Source: Octopus sinensis
Taxonomy: Eukaryota
DNA length: 64,000 bases
NCBI RefSeq assembly: GCF_006345805.1
Contig: NC_043002.1
Coordinates: 30,442,001 to 30,506,000 of the forward strand
Direction of reading: 5' to 3'
Under the pieces are notes generated by a model, which was not told where the DNA came from, did no database searches, and saw nothing but the letters and a program-made list of their open reading frames with translations. Shown here one piece after another: positions 37,717-50,878 of the stretch. Within the stretch, counting starts at the first letter, position 1. Each line of letters opens with the position of its first letter. Position numbers and translations under genes: made by a program.

Positions 37717-38899
37717 CAAAGCAGAATACACAAAACATCCGTCCTCAAAAAGGAAATAAAAATAAAACAAAATACAAAAGAGCAAACCATAAAAAATATA
37801 TCTTAAAAACCATTTTTCTCATTTTTTTTCTTTATTATTTTCACTCTTTTTTTGTGAAATATTTTAGTTTTCTTGAAAAATCCTTTCCTTTCCCTCCCCT
37901 TAATTTAATGTCTCCTCCCCCCATACAGAGAAAATCTCCCCTTGACTCTCTCTAATTGTCGATCTTCCGTTCTTTACTCCTTATATTTTTTCTTATACTT
38001 TTTTTATTTTACATCTTATTGTGGACAAAAGACATCTAAATGTCCCCAACATCCCCCGTCCATCGTTACCCTCCTTCCCATAAACCCTCCTCAGAATAAC
38101 AAACACAACTTCAAAAACAGCAACGGCAATATACAAATATTATAAATATATAAAATATATATTTATGTACATAGCTACGAGGAAACGGAACAGTGAAAAA
38201 AAAAAGACAATTCTAAGAAGAAGAAAAACAACAAAGACCAAGACAATTGTGACAAAAACAACAACAACAACAACAGCAATAACAATGGCCGTTCATTTGC
38301 ATCGTTTCATCGCTAAATTTTCTCAGAAATTTTGTTCTTTTTTTTAATGTATGTGTGTGTGCGTTCACGGCAAGAGGGCGTGGGAATCATATTTTGCATT
38401 CCCCATCTTCAGCACCAGCTTTCATGCACCACGGGTTGTTTAGATGTTTCTCGTTCATTTCAATGCTATGCTAATATGTATATCATATATATATATATAT
38501 TATATATATACATCGATGTTGCTCATGACGGCAACGAAGAAGATGGTGACGCTGACCACCTCTACTGCTACAACCTCATCTATCACTACTACTACTACTA
38601 CTACTACCATAATGATGATGATGATGATGTATTTTCATTGTTTAAATTCTAACGTATTTTGAATATAGAAAGTTGGACAAAAGTCACCCGACTGTAAATC
38701 AAAATGCCGTAAATACTGTCTGTAATTCAGTATTGACGCGAATGGAAGACTGTGTAGCTCAAGAAGGTCTTCATTTTCAGCAATTTTCATGATGTTTCAT
38801 ATTTAGAGGCGTTTATTAAATACATTCAGTTGTTGACCATGAATATAATTTTGGAGTTGAATGGATTCGATTGACTGTCAGGTGACTTTTGACCAACAC

Positions 38900-38944
<45 letters not shown>

Positions 38945-38959
38945 AAAATAATTACAGAC

Positions 38960-39420
38960 ATGGACAAGAACATGAAACACCACAGAGACGACACAAGAAC
39001 CACAGGACGGGACATTCGAAGCCCTCAGTCATCAGTCAAGAACCAGATCATCTTAGCAATTTCGGCTGATTAATCTTGAGATTGCTCCGATATGGGCAGC
39101 CCGCCATGGAAATCTAAGCCAAGCGCATTAGATCCCATGGAAGAAAGCTTCGAATGTATACAACACGAGGACGGAAAACGAACGAAGTACACGAACAAAA
39201 ATACAGAATACGTGACACCAATAAGAATACAAAAACGTAAAAACAATAACGGTAAAAATAAAAAACAGAACAAAACCAGGACGTAGGACAAGGGTCTTTC
39301 GACAGGACGAGTTGAGTTTGGGGCTGGCTTATGAAGTTGTGCCTAATGGCCGCAGGGAGACGAACAAATACGTGTTGCTTCGGCGACTGCTGGAACGAAA
39401 AGAGCGCTCAACAGTGGCTA
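38960..39420. mobile_element. Unclassified interspersed repeat flanked by (TA)n on both sides
   Basis: GC-richer ~460-bp segment with sharp (TA)n boundaries and CAGGAC motifs like 22975-23080. Confidence 0.45.
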
Positions 39421-39424
39421 GCGG

Positions 39425-39473
<49 letters not shown>

Positions 39474-39637
39474 CAAAAAGAAAACAGAAACTACACGTGG
39501 AAATGTAAGGGGAAAGTAAAAAGAAAAATAGCGAAAATGCACATTGGAAATCAAAAAAAATAAAGGTTTTCATTGAAAAGTAACGATATATATAATTAGA
39601 TAATTGTATATATCTATCGTTACTCTTCATATAATTT

Positions 39638-39814
39638 GAGAATTCACAAAAAAAAAAACAAAAGATGATGGCAGTTGGTGTAGACAACAAACAGATGTAT
39701 TATTATATCGCTCAGGAAGTGAAAATGTCTTTAACGTTTTCAACCTACGCTCTCCCACAGAGAGGAACACAGAAAGAAACAAGGAGAGAAAATAATGTGT
39801 AGTTGCTAGCGATC
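39638..39814 (-). mobile_element. Degenerate copy of the 34691-34867 hammerhead family
   Basis: Minus strand CTCT-CTGTGGG-A-GAGC[gtag]GTTG-AAAA-CGT-T-AAAG with collinear flanks. Confidence 0.7.
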
Positions 39815-40249
39815 TATATATATGTAGAGAGTTTCAAAGTGGCGAGCTGGAAGAGTCATTAGTTCATCGGGAAATATTCTTAGCGTAATTTTTTCCATGT
39901 AATTTCAGATTCTGCCGTTGATGACTTCGCCTTTCAGAGTCGATAAAATTCGTACGATTTGAGCACTGGCGTCGATTTAATAGACATGGCCACTTCCTCT
40001 AAAGCTGCTGATTTTTAATTCCGCTCTGTTTCGATTCTAGCGGCAATTCTTCAATTGTGATTTTAGAACTGTTCGATTGACCAAGTGGTAAGGAATTCTA
40101 TCCATTTCTGTTGATGAGAGTCGTGAGGATAATGAGAAAAACAATATACAGAATAAAAAGTGAAAGAGAGAGGGAGTTTCAGAGAGAGAAGGCGAGAGAG
40201 AGAGAGGGGGGAGAATGAGAGGGAAAGAGAACCAGTAGCATCGTTAGCA

Positions 40250-40435
40250 GTGCGAGCGAAATGCGTAGCAGTATTTCGTTTGTATTTACATTCTGAGTTA
40301 AAATTGCACTGAGGTCAACTTCATCATTCATCCTTTCGGGGACGATAAAATAAGTACCAGTTACGCACTGGAGTCGATGCAATCGACTTGGCCTCATCCT
40401 GAAATTACTGGCTTTGTGCCAAAATTTGAAAGCAG
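40250..40435 (+). mobile_element. SINE family B, tail type 2
   Basis: Head and core, then a CCTGAAATT..GGCTTTGTGCCAAAATTTGAAA tail. Confidence 0.75.
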
Positions 40436-40889
40436 TATATTTGTTTGTTTTTTTTTTTTTTTTTTTTTTTTCGTTTGTTAGCTTTGCTTAGTGCTTATCG
40501 TTTGCTTTTTACAGAGGTATTCATTGAACACTGTTCTTTCATGTTTATGTAACTTAGATTTGACCCGTTTAAAGTGTGTTTATAGACCCGGAGTTTTAAC
40601 GTTTATATGTATACCTATGGATGCAAGGCGCAGCAGGGCCACATCATTGACTAAATAACATTTAAGTCAATGAATGGCCTGAAAATTCATATCTGCGCAC
40701 GTGCAGAGTCGAAGGAAAATCACAACAATCAAGATATATTGTGAGATGGCAATCATCATGTATATATGTGTACGTGTGTGTAGGATGGTGTATGTATGTT
40801 GCTCGAAATGAGGAGTAGATAGAAAGCCGACAACTGATGAATGGTCATTTTTTTTTTAAGGCGGTGCTCCTTTTGTTTTTAAGGCCGAT

Positions 40890-41130
40890 AAATACCTATT
40901 TCTTTACTACCCACAAGGGGCTAAACACAGAGAGGACAAACAAGGACAGACAAACGGATTCAGTCGATTATATCGACCCCAGTACGTAACTGGTACTTAT
41001 CTAATCGACCCCGAAAGGATGAAAGGCAAAGTCGATCTTGGGGGCATTTGAACTCAGAACGTAGCGGCAGACGAAATACCGCTAAGCATTTTGCCCGGTG
41101 TGCTAACGTTTCTGCCAGCTCGCCGCCTTT
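40890..41130 (-). mobile_element. SINE family B, tail type 1
   Basis: Near-complete reverse complement of 1665-1898. Confidence 0.9.
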
Positions 41131-41173
41131 GAAGTGAGAAATATTAAGCTTTAGATGACGACGACGATGCTGC

Positions 41174-41227
<54 letters not shown>

Positions 41228-41834
41228 CTATGATGATGATGATGATGATGGTGATGATGACTGGAAGCGGAAAAATGATGGTGATGACGGCGACGCTGAT
41301 GATACTAATGTTTTGTGAATATTGGTAATACTGGAAAAGCAGACATGTAGAAAATGTAGGGAGAGTGAAAATATAGGACATCCCAAATGATCATCATGTA
41401 ACAGTTTCTAAGAGATCTGATCCAGAATGTCATGAGAAATGGTCTTCTCGCGATATCCATCCAATCCCTCTTTCGTACATTGTATTTCTAAAACTACGGT
41501 ATCTAACGCTTTGGCCTATTTATGTTATTTTTATCGGATCAAGAAACTTCACAGAGGTTTTGACGATCTCGCTCCCTCCGGCTCTCTCTCATCTCTCTAC
41601 CTTTCCTTATCCCTCCCTTCTTCTCTCCATCACACTCCCCTCTTCGCTTTTTCTTCTGTATCTTGTTCTTTTCTTTATCCTCATGATTCCCATCAACACG
41701 AATGGATGGTATTCCTTACTACTTGGTCAATCAAACAGTTCTGTGACCAAAGTTTAAGAATTTAAGCCAGAATCGAAACAGTGGGGAATTAAAAATACGA
41801 ACATGGAATAGGAACTTGAACCCCTTCATGAAAA

Positions 41835-42320
41835 TAGGCGCAGGAGTGGCTGTGTGGTAAGCAATTTACTTACGAACCACATGGTTCCGGGTTCAGTCCC
41901 ACTGCGTGGCACCTTGGGCAAGTGTCTTCTACTATAGCCTCGGGTCGACCAAAACCTTGTGAGTGGATTTGCTAGACGGAAACTGAAAGAAGCCCGTCGT
42001 ATATATGTATATATATATATATTATATTATATATATATATATATTATATATAGTGTGTGTGTGTGGTGTGTGTGTGTGTGTGTGTATGTGTGTGTGTATT
42101 TGTGTGTCTGTGTTTGTCCCCCCAACATCGCTTGACAACCGATGCTGATGTGTTTACGTCCCCGTAATTTAGTGGTTCGACAAAAGACACCGATAGAATA
42201 AGTACTAGGCTTACAAACAATAAGTCCTGGGATCGATTTGCTCGATTAAAGGCGTTGCTCCAGCAATGCCACAGTCAAATTACTGAAACAATTAAAAGAT
42301 TAAAGAGTAAAAGAGTAACA
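41835..42320 (+). mobile_element. SINE family A, full length
   Basis: AGGCGCAGGAGTGGCTGTGTGG..GGTTCAGTCCC head, (TA)n(TG)n centre, (AAAGAGT)n-type tail. Confidence 0.95.
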
Positions 42321-42857
42321 AATCGACAAATAAACCGGAATACGAGAAACATCACAGTGACATCAAGCCCCTTTGATCTCTGTTGAAGGGTGAGTCAGAA
42401 GACAGGATAATTGCGGTTCAGAATAAATGATTTTCAACGAAACACAAAAGCAGACAAATGAAATATAGACTAACGGATTTTCAGTTTTAATTACAACCCA
42501 AGTTCTGAGTTCAAATCTCGCTAAGGTTGCTTTAATGAAATAACTATTAATTACTATCATCTTAGGAAATAGTGTACGACTATGATAACTTAATAACGAA
42601 TCATGATTATAATTAATCCTTTCTACTATAAGCAAAAGGCCTGAAATTTTGGGGGAGCTGATAAGTCGATTACATCGACCCCAGTGCGTAACTGGTACTT
42701 ATTTCATCGACCCTCGAAAAGATGAAAGACAAAGTCGACCGCAGCAAAATTTGAACTCAGAACATAAAGACAGACGAAATTTTGCTAAGCAATTTGCTAA
42801 AGATTTTGTTAGCTCGCTGCTTTAATCATAATTATAATTTATATTTTAGATTTTGTA

Positions 42858-42896
<39 letters not shown>

Positions 42897-43218
42897 CAGC
42901 CGAGGTCATTTTGTAGCTCAACAGATATTTCATGATATGCGTTTTAGTCATCAGTATGTCTGTCATCTGTCACACATTGTATCTATCTAGGATTACATTT
43001 TTCAATGTCTCAACTCTTTTACAAGATGGCTGTGTGTACTTTCGCTGTTGTTTTTTGCTGACTGAACGACTACCGAGAGTCCTCACTCGTGTGCCTATTG
43101 CTATTGCTATTGTTTGCTCGCATATCAATTCTGAATAACGGTACCCCAGCCGTGACCATCCCGTCCTCTTACTATGCGTAGAAATCCAAGAACTGATTGT
43201 TTTTTTTTCTTCTTGCAG

Positions 43219-43249
43219 GCCAAACGACTATAATGCGACGCCCACGTCG
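43219..43249 (+). other. Candidate 31-nt microexon
   Basis: CTGAT branch-like motif, T-rich tract, TTGCAG acceptor, CpG-rich core GCCAAACGACTATAATGCGACGCCCACGTCG, donor TCG|GTTGGT; two open frames (PNDYNATPTS or QTTIMRRPR). Confidence 0.35.
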
Positions 43250-43869
43250 GTTGGTCTTTGATATTGTCATTGATAACGATAATGATGATGATGATGATGA
43301 CAAGTGTTCCAAATACTAATATCAGTTATGTCGGACAGATGGAATAATAATTGGTGTCCATATAACGCCAAATATATTGCTGCAATTATGTTTAAATAAA
43401 AATGCCGAGGTATTTTTCGACATTGAAGTCTGGGAGATTCCGGTGACCTTACAGGTCAATGCTCCAGCACCATCAACACAGCCGGTAGCACTGTCTCCAC
43501 TGCCACCCCACTACCACCAACCACTACCACCGTTGTCAGTTACAGTACACCTCAACTGTACAGTACTATACCCCTCACCACACGCATGGTCTATGTAGTT
43601 CTCAGATATCACGTTAGCCATATTATCACAAACTTTTAAAGTTCACTTCGACACGAAGTATCTCTAAGTGGTTTCAATATCGCCATCGAACCATCATCAT
43701 CATCGTTACCACTGTCATCGTTAGCAGCGCCAACAACAATAATAACATCAACAACAGTAGTACAACCGTCCTTTCAACAACAATTTAATAACGATCATAC
43801 AAGACATTTTTTTTCGAATTTAGACGTAAGGTCAGTAAATTTTAGAGGGAGTGTTTAGTAAACAGCATT

Positions 43870-44180
43870 GGTCCCAATACATAACTGGTATTTATTTTAT
43901 CGATGCTGGAAGGATGAAAGGCAAAGTCGACCTCGGACGAAATACCTATTTCTTTACTACCCACATTGGGCTAAACACAGAGATGACAAACAAGGACAGA
44001 CAAACGGATTAAGTCGATTATATCGACTCCAGTGTGTAACTGGTACCTATTTAATCGACCCATCAAAAAAGGATGGAAGGCAAAGTTGACCTCGGCGGAA
44101 TTTGAACTCATTACGTAACGGCAGACGAAATACAGTATTTCGCCCGACGTGCTAACGTTTCTGCCAGCTTGCCGCCTTTA
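43870..44180 (-). mobile_element. SINE family B partial plus full copy, within a ~155-bp local duplication
   Basis: Core repeated twice; flanks 43750-43905 and 44200-44355 are diverged direct repeats. Confidence 0.75.
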
Positions 44181-44559
44181 ATAAAAACAATGATGACATC
44201 AACAACAACAGTACTAACGTCCTGTCAGAACAATTTAATAACGGTCACACTAGGCAATTGTTTCGAATATAGACATAAGGTCAGTAATTTTTTAGGGGAA
44301 GGAGTTTAGTAAACAATATTGGCCCTCAATAAGTAACTGGTACTTTAATTTATTGAGTATTAAAAGCTGAAGCAGCTGAAAATGGGACAAATATGGTAAT
44401 GCATGCTTTTTTCCTGATGCCCTCACGAATCCGTCGGCCCGAGGCTATAGTAGAAGACACTTGCCCAAGGTGCCACGCAGTGGGACTGAACCCGGACACA
44501 TGTGGTTTTCCTAAGCAAGCTATTTACCACACAGCCACTCCTACATATATGTTGTGTGT

Positions 44560-44597
<38 letters not shown>

Positions 44598-44789
44598 TGC
44601 GTGGCGTTCAGTTATTCCATAAATGAAAAATGCATTAAATACTACAAAACGTACTGTAGGACAGACACATGGGCCCTAATTCTTCATCGGTTATCGGCCG
44701 AAAATACTAATACATCGTTTCATGCCTTTAATGATAAGACTAGGAACTTCGTATATCGGCAGCTGTAGAAGTATAAGCAATTTACCTTG

Positions 44790-45003
44790 TATTTTTTAAT
44801 TGTTTCACTCATTAGACTTCGGCCATGCTGGAGTGCCGCTTCAAGGATTTTAGTCGAAAGAATCGACCCCTGTACTCATTTTAATGCCTGGTTCTTGTCC
44901 TACTGCTCACTTTTGCCGAACCGCTAAGTTACGGGGACGTAAATACACCAACAGCGCTTGACAATCACTGGTGTGGGACAAGCACAGCCAGAAAGACACA
45001 CAC

Positions 45004-45051
<48 letters not shown>

Positions 45052-45215
45052 CGACGGGTTTCTTTCAGTTTCCATCTACCAAATCCACTCAAAAGGCTTT
45101 GGTCGGCCCGAGGATATAGCAGAAGACACTTGCTCAGGATGGCACACTTGTGGACTGAACCCAGAACCTTGTGGCTGGGAAGCAAGCTTCTTACCTCACA
45201 GCCTCGTTTGCGTCT
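44790..45215 (-). mobile_element. SINE family A
   Basis: Both arms present around (TA)n. Confidence 0.85.
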
Positions 45216-45744
45216 CTTGCACAAATGTTTACCACAGATTCCTATATGGATCTCCAAGGATCTTATATGGGCCCCAGTTGAAAATCACTGAATGATATAA
45301 TGGACAAATGAAATATAATTGCACACAAATATTTACGTCCACACGCGCGCGCACGATCTTCTTTAGATTTTTTCCCACGTTGTGAATTTTTTGAAATCAT
45401 TTATTTTGCAAACAATGTTATTTTTCATATTGATGACGAAAATTGCATTCATTTTTTTCTAAAAGTTAATTAGAAAGAAATTACAACAGAGTAGGAAATT
45501 TAAAAATAATCTGGCGTCTTTGCTTAGAAATATTTCCACTGTTGACAGTCTCATGACAATGGTATCAAGTGGCAGTGACATTCTTATTCATCCATCTGAG
45601 ATTATTTCGTTGTTAAGTTCAAGGTTAATCTGACTGAGTAAACCTATGAGCAAATAAATTCTAACTAACCATCAGGGATTTATTCAGGTTGAACAAAATT
45701 GGTCAATGTGGTTTTCTTTTGAGAGGATAGAACGTCATTTGGTG

Positions 45745-46050
45745 GTGGAGATTTGTCTACTATTTTTAGCATATCGACTGACTGCATAGATTTAGCTACT
45801 ATTTCTAACGTAGCGTTTGACCTCAGACATTTAGTTACTATTCCTAGCATATTGACTTATCGCAAAAGTTCCTACTATGTCGATTCACTGCATGAATTTA
45901 GCTGCTATTTTTAACATAGCGTTTGATTGCAGATATTCAGTTACTATTTCTAGTATATGACTGACTTAAAGAGTTAGCTACTCTTTCTACCATATGGCCT
46001 GACCGCATAGATTTAGCTGCTATTTCTAACATATCAACTAACTGTAGAGA
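45745..46050. repeat. Diverged minisatellite, about 8 units of ~37 bp
   Basis: Recurrent AGATTTAGCT(A/G)CTATTTCTA(A/G)CATA..GACTGACC.CAT. Confidence 0.75.
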
Positions 46051-46928
46051 TAATCTTTCTCTCCCTGAGGTTTTGATGTTGATGTTATTGCTAATATAGA
46101 TTTTAGACCCAAGTAAACCCTATTTTAGAGTCTAATGATTAAAAGATATTCCTCTCGTGACCTTCCTGCCTTTTATTCAGATCAAAGTTTGCTTCGGACT
46201 ACATTATCTAATGCATTCTTCTTCAAACCATATTGAGGTACAATCCGAGGGAAACCCGGTTCTTATTTCTTGAAATTCGACCAGCCCCATAGAAGCCATC
46301 ACGTTGACCTATGATAGATAAACTACTGTGGAAGCAATATAATGGAAGCTGTGCCACATTATAGCCAATGTCCAAAGATAATTAACAGCAAATTAATAAT
46401 TTCTCATTTAGACATAAGGCCAGAAAACACATGAGCTAGATTTAGTCGCGATGAATCGTCACGAATACATTACTGGTATTATATTATCAACACAGGAGGA
46501 ACAAAGCAAAGTTAAACTTGACTGGACATGAACTCAGAAACGTAACGAACTGGAATAAATGCGGCAAGCCCCTTTGTCCGATGCTCCAACGATTCAGCCA
46601 GTTTACTATATTTTGGGGGAAAGACTCATAATTTTGCAGGAAAATGATTGTCGAATAACATGTCACCAGTACACAGGTGGTGGTCTATTTAATCGAACCC
46701 AGAAAAGAAAAGTGATGTCGACTTCGGCGCGATTTGAAGTCAGAATGTAAACAGCCATAACAAATATCTCAAGTGTTTTGTCCGACACTCTAACCTCTGT
46801 CCTACCTAAACATCTCTTATTATCAATAAAATAACCCTTCCTAATATAGGCACAAGGCTTTAAAAGGCTGGGGTGGGGTCTAGTCAATTACATTGATCCA
46901 GTGTTCGACTGACACTTATTTTAAACGA

Positions 46929-47031
46929 TGCTTCGGCAGTACATATACTAAAATTGGAACGATACGGTGAAGATTAGCATGACCCCTGCTCAAGGATGAC
47001 ACGCAAATTCCTGAAGCTTTCTATATTTTTT
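46929..47031 (+). pseudogene. U6: U6 snRNA pseudogene
   Basis: TGCTTCGGCAGTACATATACTAAAATTGGAACGATAC..GAAGATTAGCATG.CCCCTGC.CAAGGATGACACGCAAATTC.TGAAGC.TTC.ATATTTTT. Lacks ~5 nt at the 5' end; the ACAGAGA box is mutated to ACGGTGA; upstream DNA is SINE, not a U6 promoter. Confidence 0.95.
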
Positions 47032-47217
47032 ATAGGTGTAGGAGTGGCTGTGTGGTAAGTAGCTTGCTTATCAACCACATGGTCCCAGGTTCAGCCTCAC
47101 AGTGTGGCATCTTGGGCAAGTGATTTCTACTATAGCCTCGGGCTGACCAAAGCTTTGTGAGTGATTTGGTAGACGGAAACAGGAAGAAGCCTGTCGTATA
47201 TATGTATATATATATAT

Positions 47218-47270
<53 letters not shown>

Positions 47271-47522
47271 TGTGTGTATGTGTGTGTATGTATGTATGTA
47301 TGTTTGTGTGTATACGTTTGTGCGTCTGTGCTGTCCCTCCAATATCACTTGACAACCTACGCTGGTGTGTTTTGCGTCCACGTAAACAGCGGTTCAGCAA
47401 AAGACACCGATATAATAAGTACTAGGCTTACAAATAAGTCCTGGGGTCGATTTCCTCGACTAAAGGCGGTGCTCCAGCATGGCCACAGACAAATGACCGA
47501 AACAAGTATAAGAGTAAAAGAG
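47032..47522 (+). mobile_element. SINE family A directly fused to the U6 3' end
   Basis: ATAGGTGTAGGAGTGGCTGTGTGG starts immediately after the U6 T-tract. Confidence 0.9.
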
Positions 47523-48510
47523 ATGAAAGCACGTCGGAATTTAAACTCAGAATATAAAGTCGGACGAAACGCTGCTAAGCATATTCTCCGGCGCACTATT
47601 CTGCCAGGTCACTGCTTTAAATGATTTCAGTCTTTTGCACAAGACCAGCAGTCTTTTAGCAGTGAGGAATGGTCGACTGGTACTTATTTTATCGAGCCCG
47701 AAAGGATGAAAGGTAGAGTTGATCTCAGTGAGATTTGATCTCAGGAAGCAAAGATCCGGAATAGATGCTGCAAACCCTTTTGTCCGACGTTTTAACGACT
47801 CTATTCATCGATAAATATCCCCTTCTAATGCAGGCTCAAGGTCTGAAATTTTTGTGGGGAGGAGCTCATCGATTAGAACAACTCAATACTTAACTTGTTC
47901 TTACTTTAACGATCTCGAAAGGCTGAAAAGCAAAACAAACCTTACGAAATTTGAACTCAGGACGTTCAGACGGACGAAATGCCGCTAAGCATTTTATCCG
48001 GCGTACTAACAATTCAATCAGTTCACAGCGATTACTATCAATAAAATAATAAAAGCAAAGAAACAGATAGCCCACACATTCTTTATTGTATTTTTAAAGG
48101 GGCCAGAGATATTTTGAAAGGGTCAGCCTAATATCATTTCACCTATTGAACTCTGAATTTGAAATAATAAATACTTGACGTACTTGACGAGGATGGGAAG
48201 GATGCGGTGAGGAAGTTGGTGTTTATGGGAGGAGGGGAGGGAGCAGCTGTAAGGAAATATAGAATGAGGGAAGTGTGCTGACCAGCACCCTAAATTTAAT
48301 ATTCAATTTATTTATTTGATTGTTGTTGTTGTTTCATTAATAAGAGGCTTAACTGGAGCGACCAGTTCATAAGTATACGACCAAAATGTTAACACTTGAT
48401 AACACACACACACACACACACACACACGCACGCACTCACGCACACACAACACACACACACAACACACTCACACACACATATACATACATATATATACTAT
48501 ATATATATAT

Positions 48511-48541
<31 letters not shown>

Positions 48542-48760
48542 TGTTTCTATAGATATATATGTATGAACATTGTGTTTATACGGTATATGTATGTCTGTCC
48601 TTATTTGTCACCTCTGTGTTTAGCCCCTTGTGGTAATAAAGAAATAGGTATATGTAGTCAAATCGATGTGTGTATGTGTGTGCTTAAAAAGCTTGCTTTC
48701 CAACCACGTGGTCTAGTGCTCAATCTCATTCCGCGGAATATTAAAGTGTATTTTACTGTC

Positions 48761-48829
<69 letters not shown>

Positions 48830-50756
48830 CGACATATATATCTCTCTGTGTTTCTATGTTGGTCTTTGTCAATAGAATGCTAAAGGATTTTAATTTTCTT
48901 AATTGGATTTTTGGTTGATTTCTAGCACATTCCTGGAACTAATATCTGATAAGTCAGCTCCAATAGGACTAGCTATTGTTAGGTCACCGAGAAAGGGTAA
49001 GGGTTTCATATCTCTTACAAATAAAATATTCAATTTGTTTAAATATCAATATGAAGATTTTACAAGTAAGAGGACTCAACTAATCTAAACTGACTATCAT
49101 TTTGGCAATCCAGGTGGCAATTACAGTGCAAACAAACGGCTGTCAATATATGTGAAATTAGATGAAGGCGGTGAGCAGGCAATAGGTTTAGCACGCCGAG
49201 CAAAACGCTTAGCGGCATTTTGTCTGCCTTTATGTTGAGTTCAAATTTCGCCGAGGCCGACTTTGCCTTTCATTGCGTACTGGGGTCGTTCTAATCGACT
49301 TACCCCTTCCCCCAAAACGGTTGGCCCTGTGCCAAAATTTGAAATTAACATATGAAATAATATTAGGGCAGCCTTCTAGCAGAATGGTTGGCACACCGGG
49401 CAAAATGTTTAGTAGCATTACGTTCCTCTTTACGTATTGAGTTCAAATTTCACCTCTCCCCGGAATTGTTGGCCTTGTGCCAAAAAGTGAAACCAAGATA
49501 TGAAATAAGATTCAAACACTGGTTTCTGATTATTTCGATAGAGATTATCAACTAGCAACTGTCTAGACTGAAAATATGATGTGTTTAAAAAGAATGACTT
49601 TTAAAGTATCATCCGTTATATTTTGAAGTTTATTGTGATTCGTGAGCTATACAGCTTGTTGTATAAACAGGTAACCGAATATTATGATCCAAACTGAGAA
49701 TTCGAATTTTGTGTTAAGCACAGCACAGCACAGAGTCCTCAACCAAATTACTTAAGTATAGTCAGTTAAAAATACGTAGCTAAGGTAGGTTTCCCAGGCA
49801 GGTTGCAGTTAACCAATTGTAAGCAGTGAGATTTTATCAATTTTCTTATTAATTAATTAATCACAGAAGGAGGATCAGTACTAATGAGTTCGTAAATCTT
49901 CTTAAAATGGCACAGTCAATACGATTAAAGAAAATATTGAGCTTGACACTTGTGATAACAAAAAGATGGATATATATGAGGCCACTTGATTTTTCTATAA
50001 CTAGCAGCTAAATCTCCTGCAAACCGCTTCCTATTCAGCCTGTTCCTCATTAGATGTCTAAAACAAACTAAATAAATTGCCATTGTCTAGAAATAAACAC
50101 ATAGTGTTTATTTTTAGCCATACACTGTTGTAAGATTCAGACGGGAATGTCATGGATGTATCGTCTTTGAACATGAATCTGCCCAGTCATATTTGACCGA
50201 AGATTAGATAATAGCACATCAAGTAGATCAAGTATGTGTGGGAACATTACTTGAGAGAGAGACATCTAACCTATTTGTGGTCAAGGAAATTCTTAGATGT
50301 ACTGTGTTCTAAGAAATAGACTGGAAGGCTGTGTATGTAATATCTTTGATCATAAACCAGCTCAGTCATGTTTGACCGAGAGCCACACAATAACACAATA
50401 GAATATATCTACTATTTTGATGGAAGTTACTTGGGATAAACTGGTCACCTATTTGTGGTGAAGGGATCTTCACGTCTCTCATCCTTTTACTAGAGTGGAC
50501 AATTAAATTAAACGCCGGAAACTGGGAACACTTAAGGAAGTTCATTTTAAAAGGTTTTGAACTATTTTGTTTAAATTATTTTCACGGACAATGATTAAGT
50601 TAATATAGAGTGTCAATTATATTCATTTCTACTCTAGGAACAAGGCCCGATTTTTGGGGGAGGGGACAGTAAATTAGCTCGACCACAGTTCGTAACTGGT
50701 ACTTAATTTATCGACCCCGAAGGATGATAGGTAAATTATCAGAACGTAAAGCCAGA

Positions 50757-50834
50757 CGTGTCTTCAACTATAGCCTCGGGCCGACCAAAGCCTTGTGAGT
50801 GGATTTGGTAGACGGAAACTGAAAGAAGCCCGTC

Positions 50835-50878
<44 letters not shown>

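Noticed and set aside
45745-46050. CRISPR-like periodicity (~37 bp)
   Set aside because: Units are contiguous and diverged, with no unique spacers or cas genes, in a eukaryotic context.
46929-47031. Functional U6 snRNA gene
   Set aside because: The ACAGAGA box is mutated, the 5' end is truncated, and there is no upstream promoter context.
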